A stretch of DNA of 12,304 nucleotides from Octopus sinensis (taxonomy: Eukaryota), in the NCBI RefSeq assembly GCF_006345805.1, contig NW_021826624.1, forward strand, positions 1 through 12,304, given 5' to 3'. Position 1 is the stretch's first letter. Each line of letters starts with the position of its first letter. This document shows, one piece after another, positions 1 to 8,035 of the stretch. The notes beneath the pieces are model-generated. The model had not been told where the DNA came from and made no database searches. It worked only from the letters and a program-made list of their open reading frames with translations. A program made the translations under genes and the position numbers.

Positions 1-42
1 ATATATATATATACACGTATGTATATATATATATATATATAT
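1..42. repeat. (AT)n microsatellite
   Basis: Directly visible interrupted AT dinucleotide run. Confidence 0.9.
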
Positions 43-489
43 GCCTATCCATACATATGAATATGCCTCTCTAGAGCTATACATACGTATCGTGTGTACT
101 TGCTCTTTCCTCCTCTTGTACTTAGCCACTTCCAAAACACAAAATTAATTCTATTATAAAAATAAGCACAGAACAATACAATGTTTATAAAACCTTTGAT
201 TGCACTTTTTCTTATTCTCCTACTTTTCTGTTTTTTCTATTTTCGAATTCATTCCGACTCTGTTTAAATTTTTGCATCTTCTTATTTATATTTTATGTTA
301 TTTTTTTTCCTTAATACCAACTTAATTTGTTTATGGTTATCATTTAGAAAATACGTGTGAATCAAAACTATGTGTGAATAGATTTAACATGAAAAGCGTA
401 TCATATTTGTAGCCGTAATTCTCGTCTGTCTTGCTTAGAGTTTCTTTTTAAGACCACCATTTTGACGAATAATACAACCGTGGTTTATG

Positions 490-631
490 AACACACACAC
501 ACACACGCACGCACACACGCACGCACATACACATGTATGTGCATTTAAATGGGTATATATACGTATATATGTGTGTGTTTATATATATATACATATATGA
601 ATGTTATATATATACGTATATATATATGTGG

Positions 632-690
<59 letters not shown>
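490..690. repeat. compound (CA)n/(CACG)n then (AT)n microsatellite
   Basis: Directly visible; produces the spurious IYIY ORF 549-767. Confidence 0.9.
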
Positions 691-695
<5 letters not shown>

Positions 696-872
696 AAAGG
701 GCTTAGTAAAATAAATACTTTGCCGCATACTGACTCATTAGAAATAGCAGATAAAAAACTTTTTTAAAACTATTTCTAATACTTAAGAAAACCTCTCTCA
801 TATAGTGTTTGCTCGATTCAACTCACGCAAATATGGGGGTAGAGACATTAAAAAATCAAGTGCAAGGTTATT

Positions 873-923
873 TGAGAACGTACGTTTCAGATTAGTCAAC
901 ACGACATTTCTATCATCAGCTCA
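873..923 (-). ncRNA. type I hammerhead ribozyme motif (minimal, palindromic helix III)
   Basis: Minus strand: UGAG-CUGAUGA-U-AGA aau GUC guguu GAC uaa UCU-GAAA-C GUAC G-UU-CUCA. Helix I is UGAG/CUCA, CUGAUGA and GAAA boxes are intact, helix III lies in the palindrome ACGUACGU, and the triplet is GUU (predicted cut between 877 and 876). Confidence 0.7.
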
Positions 924-1432
924 GAACTCCCTGGTTTGGATTTGAAAACACTGAAAGTGGGAGCATACCCTTTCGGCTTCCTCTCGCTTCTGAAGATCTG
1001 CTCCCAACTAACAGTGCCAACAAACCCAAAAATGCAAGCGAAGAATTTCTGCTCTCCCCTTCCACCAGCGTGGGTTAAAGTTAAAAGCAGTAAACACTAT
1101 GCTTTTTTCGGTAAAGTCCGCGGCATTATATAGAGAGAGATGAATTATAATTTCAACAATTGAGGGTAAAATTAATTAATTAATCAATTTCACACCAAGT
1201 ATTCAGTATGCAAAGGGACCATTTAAGGCGAATTCAAATTATTACATTATATAAAAGGGCTTAGTAAAATAAATTACTTTGCCGCATACTGAACTCATTA
1301 GAAATAGCAGCTAAAAAACTTTTTTAAAACTATTTCTAATACTTAAAGAAAACCTCTCATATAGTGTTTGCTCCATTCAACTCACGCAAATATGGGGGTA
1401 GAGACATTAAAAAATCAAGTGCAAAGGTTATT

Positions 1433-1482
1433 TGAGAATGTCGTTTCAAGATAGTCAACACGACATTTCTATCATCAGCTCA
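1433..1482 (-). ncRNA. second copy of hammerhead motif, helix III degraded
   Basis: Minus strand: UGAG-CUGAUGA-UAGAAAUGUCGUGUUGACUAUCUU-GAAAC-GAC-AUU-CUCA. Core boxes are intact but the ACGUACGU palindrome is broken. Confidence 0.55.
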
Positions 1483-1710
1483 GAACTCCCTGGTTTGGAT
1501 TTGAAAACACTGAAAGTGGGAGCATACCCTTTCGGCTTCCTCTCGCTCTGAAGATCTGCTCCCAACTAACAGTGCCAACAAACCCAAAAATGCAAGCGAA
1601 GAATTTCTGCTCTCCCCTTTCCACCAGCGTGGGTTAAAATCAGTAAACACTATGCTTTTTCGGTAAAGTCCGCGGCATTATATAGAGAGAGATGAATTAT
1701 AATTTCAACA

Positions 1711-1740
1711 ATATATATATATAAGTGATGTATATATATA

Positions 1741-1772
<32 letters not shown>

Positions 1773-1787
1773 ATATATATATATAAT

Positions 1788-1822
<35 letters not shown>

Positions 1823-1837
1823 GTATGTATACATATA
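1711..1837. repeat. (AT)n/(GT)n/(GTAT)n microsatellite
   Basis: Directly visible. Confidence 0.9.
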
Positions 1838-1949
1838 AATTTAATGAACATGTACTAAAACTATTGAGTTTTTCTTTTGTTTACTATAAATTGTTTTTGT
1901 ATATAGCTTGATATTAAAATAAACATCAGTATATAGATATATTGTCTGT

Positions 1950-2215
1950 GCGCGTGAGTAGCTTTGTGGTAAATAGCTTGCTTACCAACCACATGGTTTC
2001 GGGCAAGTGTCTTCTACTATGGCCTCGCACCGAACAAAGCCTTGTAAGTGGATTTTGTAGACGGAAACTGAAAGAAGCGGTTCTGCAAAAGAGAATGATA
2101 GAATAAGTACTAGGATTACAAAGAATAAGTCCTGGGGTCGATTTGCTCGACCAAAGGCGGTACTCCAGCTTGGTTGCAGGCAAATGACTGAAAACAAATA
2201 AAAGAATAAAAGAAT
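1950..2215 (+). mobile_element. tRNA-derived SINE (family B, CORE-like), internally deleted
   Basis: Aligns to the reverse complement of 6819-7237: head GTGGTAAATAGCTTGCTTACCAACCACATG, GGGCAAGTGTCTTCTACTAT, GACGGAAACTGAAAGAAGC, CTGGGGTCGATTTGCTCGAC and tail AAAAGAATAAAAGAATA. Lacks the B-box segment and the central (GT)n segment. Confidence 0.88.
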
Positions 2216-2232
2216 ATAATATATATATATAT

Positions 2233-2266
<34 letters not shown>

Positions 2267-2447
2267 TACAACACTCATAAATATATGTATATGTATATAT
2301 ATAATATATATATCAACATACATATCTATATACATGTATATATATACATATATATGTATGTATATACATACATACTACATGTATATATATATATATAATA
2401 CATACACACACACATATATATATACACACACACAAATGTGTGTGTGT
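2214..2447. repeat. (AT)n/(AC)n/(GT)n compound microsatellite
   Basis: Directly visible. Confidence 0.85.
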
Positions 2448-2555
2448 AAAGTCTGTATTTCTTTTCTAAACATAGATATTATTCACTAATTAAATCACGT
2501 CCATTTTTTTAAGGAAGAAAAGAAAAATTAATGAACTGTTCGCAAAATAGATCCC

Positions 2556-2653
2556 CATATTATATAAATAAATTTATACACGCACATATACGCATACATA
2601 TATTTGTGTTTGGGTGTATGCATAGGAATAATATATAAATACACATACATATT

Positions 2654-2688
<35 letters not shown>

Positions 2689-2780
2689 ATATATACACAA
2701 CACACACATACACACATATATATACATACATATTCATACAAAATATATGTATATGTACGTATGTATGTATGTATGTATAT
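2556..2780. repeat. (AT)n/(AC)n/(TATG)n compound microsatellite
   Basis: Directly visible. Confidence 0.85.
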
Positions 2781-2884
2781 GGAATACCCAAACTATAAGC
2801 GCAGATAAAACAGTAATGAACCACACACGCCCTTGTATGTACTAAATTGACACGCGTGTCCCTACATGAAAGGAAATTTATTCC

Positions 2885-2976
2885 ACTCACACACTCACAC
2901 ACCAACATACACCTACAATACGCACACACACCAACACACACGCATATACACGCACCAGCACACATACAAACACACA
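2885..2976. repeat. degenerate (CA)n low-complexity tract
   Basis: Directly visible. Confidence 0.75.
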
Positions 2977-3140
2977 AGAGTACATCATCTGATTCAGATA
3001 ACCACAAACCCGGAAGCTGTCTTGACTTGAATAAAAAAAAATCCTGACCCTTTTGTTTGAGTCCCGCTTGTGCACAGCAAAGGACAAAAAAAAAAAAGAA
3101 ACTTCAATCCCAGTGAAATATAATTTAATGTATTTAGGTG

Positions 3141-3199
3141 CATACATACATACATACATACATACATACATACATACATACATACATACATACATACAT
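3141..3199. repeat. (CATA)n tetranucleotide microsatellite
   Basis: About 14 perfect CATA units. Confidence 0.95.
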
Positions 3200-3973
3200 C
3201 AACGATTTGACCTGTTTCTCCTATATCTGACGAGTATCTAGTGGTGGATAAAAACATCTTACAATGGCACCTGTAACAAAACACGTGTCACTAAAGAATA
3301 TCACAGCCGAATAAAGAAAATTTGGATCTCAGAACTCTCTGCATTCAATAAAACAGTCCCCCCACAATGTGTTTGCAATGCCAGTACTCATTCCAACATT
3401 TGGGCTGCTTGATTGAACGCTTCATGAGATCCGAGCCATCGATGTGAAAACAGGAAAAATACTAACAAGAACACATAATTTTCACATAAACAGTAATGTA
3501 GACGACATCTAGCTAAAACTAAAACAAGGTGGCAGAGACTGAACATCGATCCAAAATGCCTTTGAATGTCGCATCATATCCCTTCGGCAACATCTTTTAA
3601 CCATCAAGTGTCGAAGTGCATCCCTTGAGCAAGTTTGTATACATGAGGCTGATAACATCATAAAACTTGGAATGCAGCTCCTTGAGCATAATTGTCTGAT
3701 AACCTTAAAAACATTCCCAAATAAGTCGCACGACTCTACCGCAACGAATCATGAGATGAAAGGATGAGCCTATATGAGCAGAAGACTATGCATGTTAGTA
3801 GAAAGCTCCGAGATGATAGTAATATTGACCATGAAAGTCTATCATAGACCTATAGCCGGATTACTACTTCCCACTTTGAAGGGTATGCGTTTTGCAATCC
3901 AGGAAGAGGAAATATCAACCAAGTACCTGTTGCGCAAAAGGGATAGAAATGCAGGAAAAGCAGCAGTAAAATG
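3200..3973 (+). mobile_element. decayed internal fragment of a non-LTR retrotransposon ORF (R4/Dong-like RLE clade; end of RT, thumb and linker up to just before the CCHC knuckle)
   Basis: Manual translation across frameshifts and stops: VTKEYHSRIKKIWISELSAFNKTV / HNVFAMPVLIPTFGLLD*TLHEIRAIDVKTGKILTRTHNFHINSNVDDI*LKLKQGGRD*TSIQ ... SHFEGYAF / AIQEEEISTKYLL..KC. This matches R4/Dong-type motifs (RIRKIWxSELS.FNK, FH.NSDVDRLYL.R..GGRGL, EG...AIQEQ). Confidence 0.88.
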
Positions 3974-3977
3974 TATG

Positions 3978-4044
<67 letters not shown>

Positions 4045-4060
4045 ATATATTATATATATA
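3974..4060. repeat. (AT)n microsatellite
   Basis: Directly visible. Confidence 0.9.
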
Positions 4061-4222
4061 AGCAACTTATAAACAAGGGCAAAAGAAAAAAGATTCTAAT
4101 GCCAAATATGCCGAAAATAGACAAATCGTCAATAACCATATAATTTATCACTATATTTGCATTTATCGTCATATTTGGCATTAGAATTTTTTTCTTTTGC
4201 CCTTGATTATAAGTTGCTTATA
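4057..4222. repeat. long inverted repeat / fold-back (MITE-like) element in (TA)n
   Basis: 4057-4110 TATAAGCAACTTATAAACAAGGGCAAAAGAAAAAAGATTCTAATGCCAAATATG is the reverse complement of 4170-4222 with about 2 differences; ~59-bp spacer with weaker further pairing. Confidence 0.88.
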
Positions 4223-4291
4223 AGTTAAACCTTTAAATGTATTTTTTAATATGCTGGCCATTGATAGATTTTTTTTCGAAAAATTTTATCC

Positions 4292-4329
4292 TATATTATA
4301 TATATATTATATATATATATATATATATA
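4292..4329. repeat. (AT)n microsatellite
   Basis: Directly visible. Confidence 0.85.
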
Positions 4330-4860
4330 AAACTTACTGTAGATAAAATCAAGGATATGTAGCGTTCCATTAAGTAATTAGTTAAAAACACATAATAAAC
4401 GCACACAAAAACGGAAAACAGACACAGAAGGTCACCAACTCTTTGTCAGAGATTCACATGCCATTTCGCACCTTACGGTAATATTACTTCCCTTCTGGTG
4501 GCGCCAGGGTCACGAAGCTACCGGGAAATGGGACCATATCATAATAAAACGAGAACGAACAAGCAAGAAACGAATGAAATTCTATACAGAAGTGGACATA
4601 CGAACATGAATAAATGTGATTCAAGACGAGACCATTAATGGGCGAACGATGTTCCCGCTTTCAGTGGTGTTGCTCAGACTCCTCTCACCTCCACCAACAG
4701 CCCACATCATCGCTCACATCATTCTGATACATTTATTTAGTTAGTTAATTGACTCTTTCCTTTTGTTGTGTGACGACCGGTATGTCAAAAATAGACCCAA
4801 TGTTTCCTTTGCGTGTCGTAAAAATGAAACCAGTTGTGCATTTACGTGTGCATGTATCTG

Positions 4861-4872
4861 CATGTATGTATG

Positions 4873-4906
<34 letters not shown>

Positions 4907-4978
4907 TGTATGTATGTATGTATATATTATGCATGCATATATATATGCATATTTTTTAAAATGTTATATATATATATA
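4861..4978. repeat. (TATG)n and (AT)n microsatellite
   Basis: Directly visible. Confidence 0.9.
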
Positions 4979-5199
4979 GCAAAACACCTAAGCTCCACGC
5001 GGCTCCAGCAGAAGGTAATGGCGAACTTCTGCTGACTCTTTTGCCACAACTTTCTCTCACTCTTTCCTACTGCATCTTGCAGCTCACCTGCGACGGACCG
5101 GCGTCCCATCCAGGTGGGGAACCTATACGCCAATGAAACCAGGAAACCGGCCCATTATGAGCCAGGCATGGCTTGAGAAGGAAAGCTGATGATGATGAT
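4979..5199 (+). mobile_element. 5'-truncated SINE (family D) with Meta-domain-like segment and (GAT)n tail
   Basis: CCTGCGACGGACCGGCGTCCCATCCAGGTGGGG...GAAACCAGGAAACCGGCCC...ATGAGCC resembles the conserved CCTGCGATGGACTAGCATCCCATCCAGGGGG...GAAACCGG SINE domain (recalled, not aligned). Ends in a short (GAT)n tail; no tRNA head present. Confidence 0.6.
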
Positions 5200-5476
5200 A
5201 TATAAATATATATATACATGTGTGTGTGTGTGTGCGCGCGCGTTCGTGTGTATGTATGTTTGTATTATGTGTGTGTGTGTCTGTGTCTGTGTTTGTTCCC
5301 AACCGGTGTTGTTGTGTTTACGTCCCTGCAACATCGGTGGTTCGGCAAAAGAGGCCGATAGAATGAGTACCAGGCCTAAAAAAGATAAGTACTGGGGTCA
5401 ATTCGTTCGATTAAAATTCTTCAAGGCAAAGCTCCAGCATGGCCTCAGTCCAATGCTGAAACAAGAAGAACGAAAA
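5200..5476 (+). mobile_element. 3' half of family B SINE, diverged
   Basis: (GT)n, then TGTCTGTGTTTGT...TTTACGTCCC...GGTTCGGCAAAAGAGGCCGATAGAATGAGTAC...CTGGGGTC...CTCCAGCATGGCC...CTGAAACAAG; homologous to the reverse complement of 6845-7060. Confidence 0.85.
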
Positions 5477-5966
5477 ATTCACACACACACACACACATGC
5501 ACACACACATTTGTATATAATGGTAACAAGTAAAGCAAAATGATTTATTGTTTTCCCGCCCACTCAGCACCGCTACACCTGCTCCGCCCAACACCGCCTT
5601 TTTGCCTTTATTTTTTTTTCTTTCTGATTTACAATCTTACAATTCTGTAAATAAAATAAAATAAACAAAACAAAATATTAAAAACTGCAAAAAAAATGGA
5701 ATTGCGGTGAAAGATGTAGGTTGGCTGGTTTGATTATTGTGTTAGAGGAGTACTGCGAGTGAGTTGGGTACGATTTCAAGAGAATTTTTACAAGGTTCAT
5801 TGCTAGTTGTTCCAAGCTTATCTCAAAGGGGTTTACAATATTCCCAGTGACAGTAGTACAGTAAAACATTGTTACTTGTTTTGCTTTATTTTATTTCGTA
5901 TTTCATTTTATGTTCGTTGGTTTTTTTTTTTGGTTTTTTTTTAATAATGAGTCTTGCAGTAACGAC

Positions 5967-5992
5967 ACGAAACGAAACGAAACGAAACGAAA
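5967..5992. repeat. (ACGAA)n pentanucleotide repeat
   Basis: Five ACGAA units. Confidence 0.85.
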
Positions 5993-6143
5993 GGCGGGAA
6001 TTTGTAGCGGTCCGTTAAAATTTTTTGTTAGTTATTAAGAAGTAATGGGCCTGTTTCTCTTTCTTTGCTATTTTGGATGTAGGAGGAGGGTATGGACAAA
6101 GAACAAAAGATACAGACCAAATTTTCCCCTTGATTTATTTATC

Positions 6144-6739
6144 TTATTTCTTTACTGCCCACAAGGGGCTACACGCAGAGGGTACAAACAAAGACAGACA
6201 AACGGATTAAGTCGATTATATCGAACAGTGCGTAACTGGTACTTATTTAATCGAACCCCGAAAGGATGAAAGGCAAAGTCGACCTCGGCGGAATTTGAAC
6301 TGAGAACGTACAAGCAGACGAAATACCTATTTCTTTACTACCCACAAGGGGCTAAACACAGAGAAGACAAACAAGGACAGACAAATGGATTAAGTCGATT
6401 ATATCGACAGTGCGTAACTGGTACTTAATTTATCGACCCCGAAAGGATGAAAGGCAAAGTCGACCTCGGCGGAATTTGAACTCAGAACGTAGCGGCAGAC
6501 GAAATACTTATTTCTTTACTACCCACAAGGGGCTAAACACAGAGAGGACAAACAAGGACAGACAAACGGATTAAGTCGATTATATCGACACCAGTGCGTA
6601 ACTGGTACTTAATTTATCGACCCCGAGAGGATGAAAGGCAAAGTCGACCTCGGCGGAATTTGAACTCAGAACGCAGCGGCAGACGAAATACCCCTCAGCA
6701 CTTCACCCGGCGTGCTAACGTTTCTGTCAGCTCACCGCC
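6144..6739 (-). mobile_element. tRNA-derived SINE (family A, Nin/Deu-like core) as head-to-tail trimer with 16-bp TSD
   Basis: TATTTCTTTACT recurs at 6145, 6328 and 6509 (periods 183 and 181). Only the rightmost unit has the A-box head (minus GGCGGTGAGCTGACAGAAACGTTAGCAC); each unit has a B box (GTTCAAATTCC) and core GTCGACTTTGCCTTTCATCC. TSD CCTTGATTTATTTATC at 6128-6143 and 6738-6753. Confidence 0.93.
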
Positions 6740-6780
6740 TTGATTTATTTATCGTTGTTCTTATTGATATTATTAATATT

Positions 6781-7410
6781 GAGCTGGTAGAATCGTTTGC
6801 ACGCCGAACAAAATGCTCACTCTTTTTACCCTTATTCTTTTACTTGTTTCAGTCATTTGACTGCGGTCATGCTGGAGCATCGCCTTTAGTCGAACAAATC
6901 GACCCCAGGACTTATTCTTCGCAAGCCGAGTACTTATTCTATCAGTCTCTTTTGCTGAACCGCTAAGTTACGGGGACGCAAACACACCAGCGTCGGTTGT
7001 CAAGCGATGTTGGGGGGACGAACACAGATACACAAATACACACACACACACACACACATATGTACATGTACATATATACGACGGGCTTCTTTCAGTTTCC
7101 GTCTACCAAATCCACTCACAAGGCTTTGGTCTACCCGATGCTATAGTAGAAGACCCTTGCCCAAAGTGCCACGCAGTGGGACTGAACCGGGAAACATGTG
7201 GTTGGTAAGCAAGCTACTTACCACACAACCACTCCAGCTTAGCGGCATTTCATCAAATTTTACGTTCTGAGTTTAAATGCCGTCGGAGTCGACTTTTCCT
7301 TTAACCCATTCTAGGTCGATAAAATAAATCCCAGGTAAGCACGGAGGTCGATGTAATTGACTTACCCCCACTCCCTCCAAATTGCTGGCCTTGAGCCAAA
7401 ATTTGAAATC
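6781..7410 (+). mobile_element. older family A-type SINE split by an insertion (6781-6817 + 7240-7410)
   Basis: Head GAGCTGGTAGAATCGTTTGCACGCCGAACAAAATGCT continues after the insert as TAGCGGCATTTC...TTCTGAGTTTAAAT...GTCGACTTTTCCTTT...GGTCGATGTAATTGACTT...CCAAAATTTGAAA. Confidence 0.85.
6819..7237 (-). mobile_element. near full-length family B SINE nested in the family A-type SINE
   Basis: Minus strand: tRNA-like head GGAGTGGTTGTGTGGTAAG...GGTTCAGTCCC (A/B boxes), CORE-like TTGGGCAAGGGTCTTCT, internal (GT)n and tail AAACAAGTAAAAGAATAAG. Confidence 0.92.
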
Positions 7411-7414
7411 ACTA

Positions 7415-7596
7415 TGGTATCATTTTCAAATAGGTTTCAGTACCATTTTTTATTTTATCATTCCTAGAGCTCCTACAATCACTGGTACTGTAGTCGCCTT
7501 GAGATGCCACATTTTTTCAATTTCTATTAGTATGTCGTTATATTTACTGATCTTGTCAAATTCTTTCGCCCCTATATTGTGATCGCAAGGAATACT
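7415..7596 (-). mobile_element. fragment of R4/Dong-like LINE, restriction-like endonuclease C-terminal region
   Basis: Translation SIPCDHNIGAKEFDKISKYNDILIEIEKMWHLKATTVPVIVGALGMIK / NGTETYLKMIP. The K..KY..L and PVIVGALG motifs are typical of RLE non-LTR elements. Confidence 0.88.
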
Positions 7597-7678
7597 ATTT
7601 ATAGGATTGAGGTAACTCCTCCAGAAGATATAAAAGCAAAAAAAAACAAAAAAAAACAAGAGTCCCATTGTCATCAAG

Positions 7679-7719
7679 CGAACGATATTTCGATATCTCG
7701 TGTGTCTTCCACAGGTTCA
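7679..7719 (-). ncRNA. inverted copy of the minimal hammerhead-like motif
   Basis: Minus strand UGAAC-CUGUGGA-A-GACAcacgagaUAUC-GAAA-UAUC-GUUCG; one helix II mismatch. Confidence 0.5.
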
Positions 7720-7893
7720 AAAAATAAGCGTGTCAATTTTGGTTAATATTTATAGGATTGAGGTAACTTGATGACAATGGCACTCTTCTTTTGTTTTTTG
7801 GGGTTTTTTTTTTTTGCTTCTGTATCTTCTGGAGGAGTTACCTCAACCCTATAAATATTAACCAAACTGAAGTAGATTGACACGCTTACTTTT

Positions 7894-7934
7894 TGAACCT
7901 GTGGAAGACACACGAGATGTCGAAATATCGTTCA
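7894..7934 (+). ncRNA. minimal type I hammerhead-like motif, variant core (CUGUGGA)
   Basis: UGAAC-CUGUGGA-A-GACA cacgaga UGUC-GAAA-UAUC-GUUCA: 5-bp helix I, 4-bp helix II, loopless palindromic helix III (AUAU), AUC triplet. A6 is replaced by U. Confidence 0.55.
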
Positions 7935-7968
7935 CTTGATGACAAAGGCACTCTTCTTTTCTTTTTGC

Positions 7969-8035
<67 letters not shown>

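Larger units (their letters stand above)
688..1712 (-). mobile_element. 558-bp tandem repeat (one full unit 688-1245 plus partial unit 1246-1712) embedded in (TA)n; Penelope-like pLTR / retrozyme-like element
   Basis: ATTATATAAAAGGGCTTAG starts at 688 and 1246; 688-1160 aligns with 1246-1712 at high identity, mostly 1-nt indels. Both ends abut (TA)n. Each copy has a hammerhead-like core on the minus strand. The repeat is certain; the class assignment is inference. Confidence 0.7.
7597..7969. mobile_element. direct-plus-inverted repeat of a ~150-170-bp unit carrying a minimal hammerhead-like motif (Penelope-like pLTR arrangement)
   Basis: Layout: A(7597-7678) B(7679-7747) A-start(7748-7767) | A'(7767-7856) B'(7857-7934) A'-start(7935-7969). 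Direct periods are 151 (ATTTATAGGATTGAGGTAAC at 7597/7748) and 168 (CTTGATGACAA at 7767/7935). The structure is certain; the class is inference. Confidence 0.7.

Noticed and set aside
936-1133. 65-aa ORF inside the 558-bp unit
   Set aside because: TTG start, no recognisable motif, and frameshifted in the second copy.
3227-3262. CTGACGA-GTATC...GATA-AAAAC hammerhead-like string
   Set aside because: Lacks the GAAA box and lies in LINE coding sequence (YLGVD-like motif); coincidental.
549-3284. ORFs rich in IY/YI, CV, HT and MYVC repeats (also 4749-5533, 7858-8244, 8627-8866, 10936-11485)
   Set aside because: Translations of microsatellites or SINEs; no domain-like content.
5678-5869. 63-aa minus-strand ORF in unique sequence
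   Set aside because: No recognisable homology or clear splice/start context; cannot be supported as a CDS.
6690-6739. tRNA genes (also 7180-7237 and 11670-11748)
   Set aside because: A/B boxes are present but there is no complete cloverleaf; these are SINE heads.
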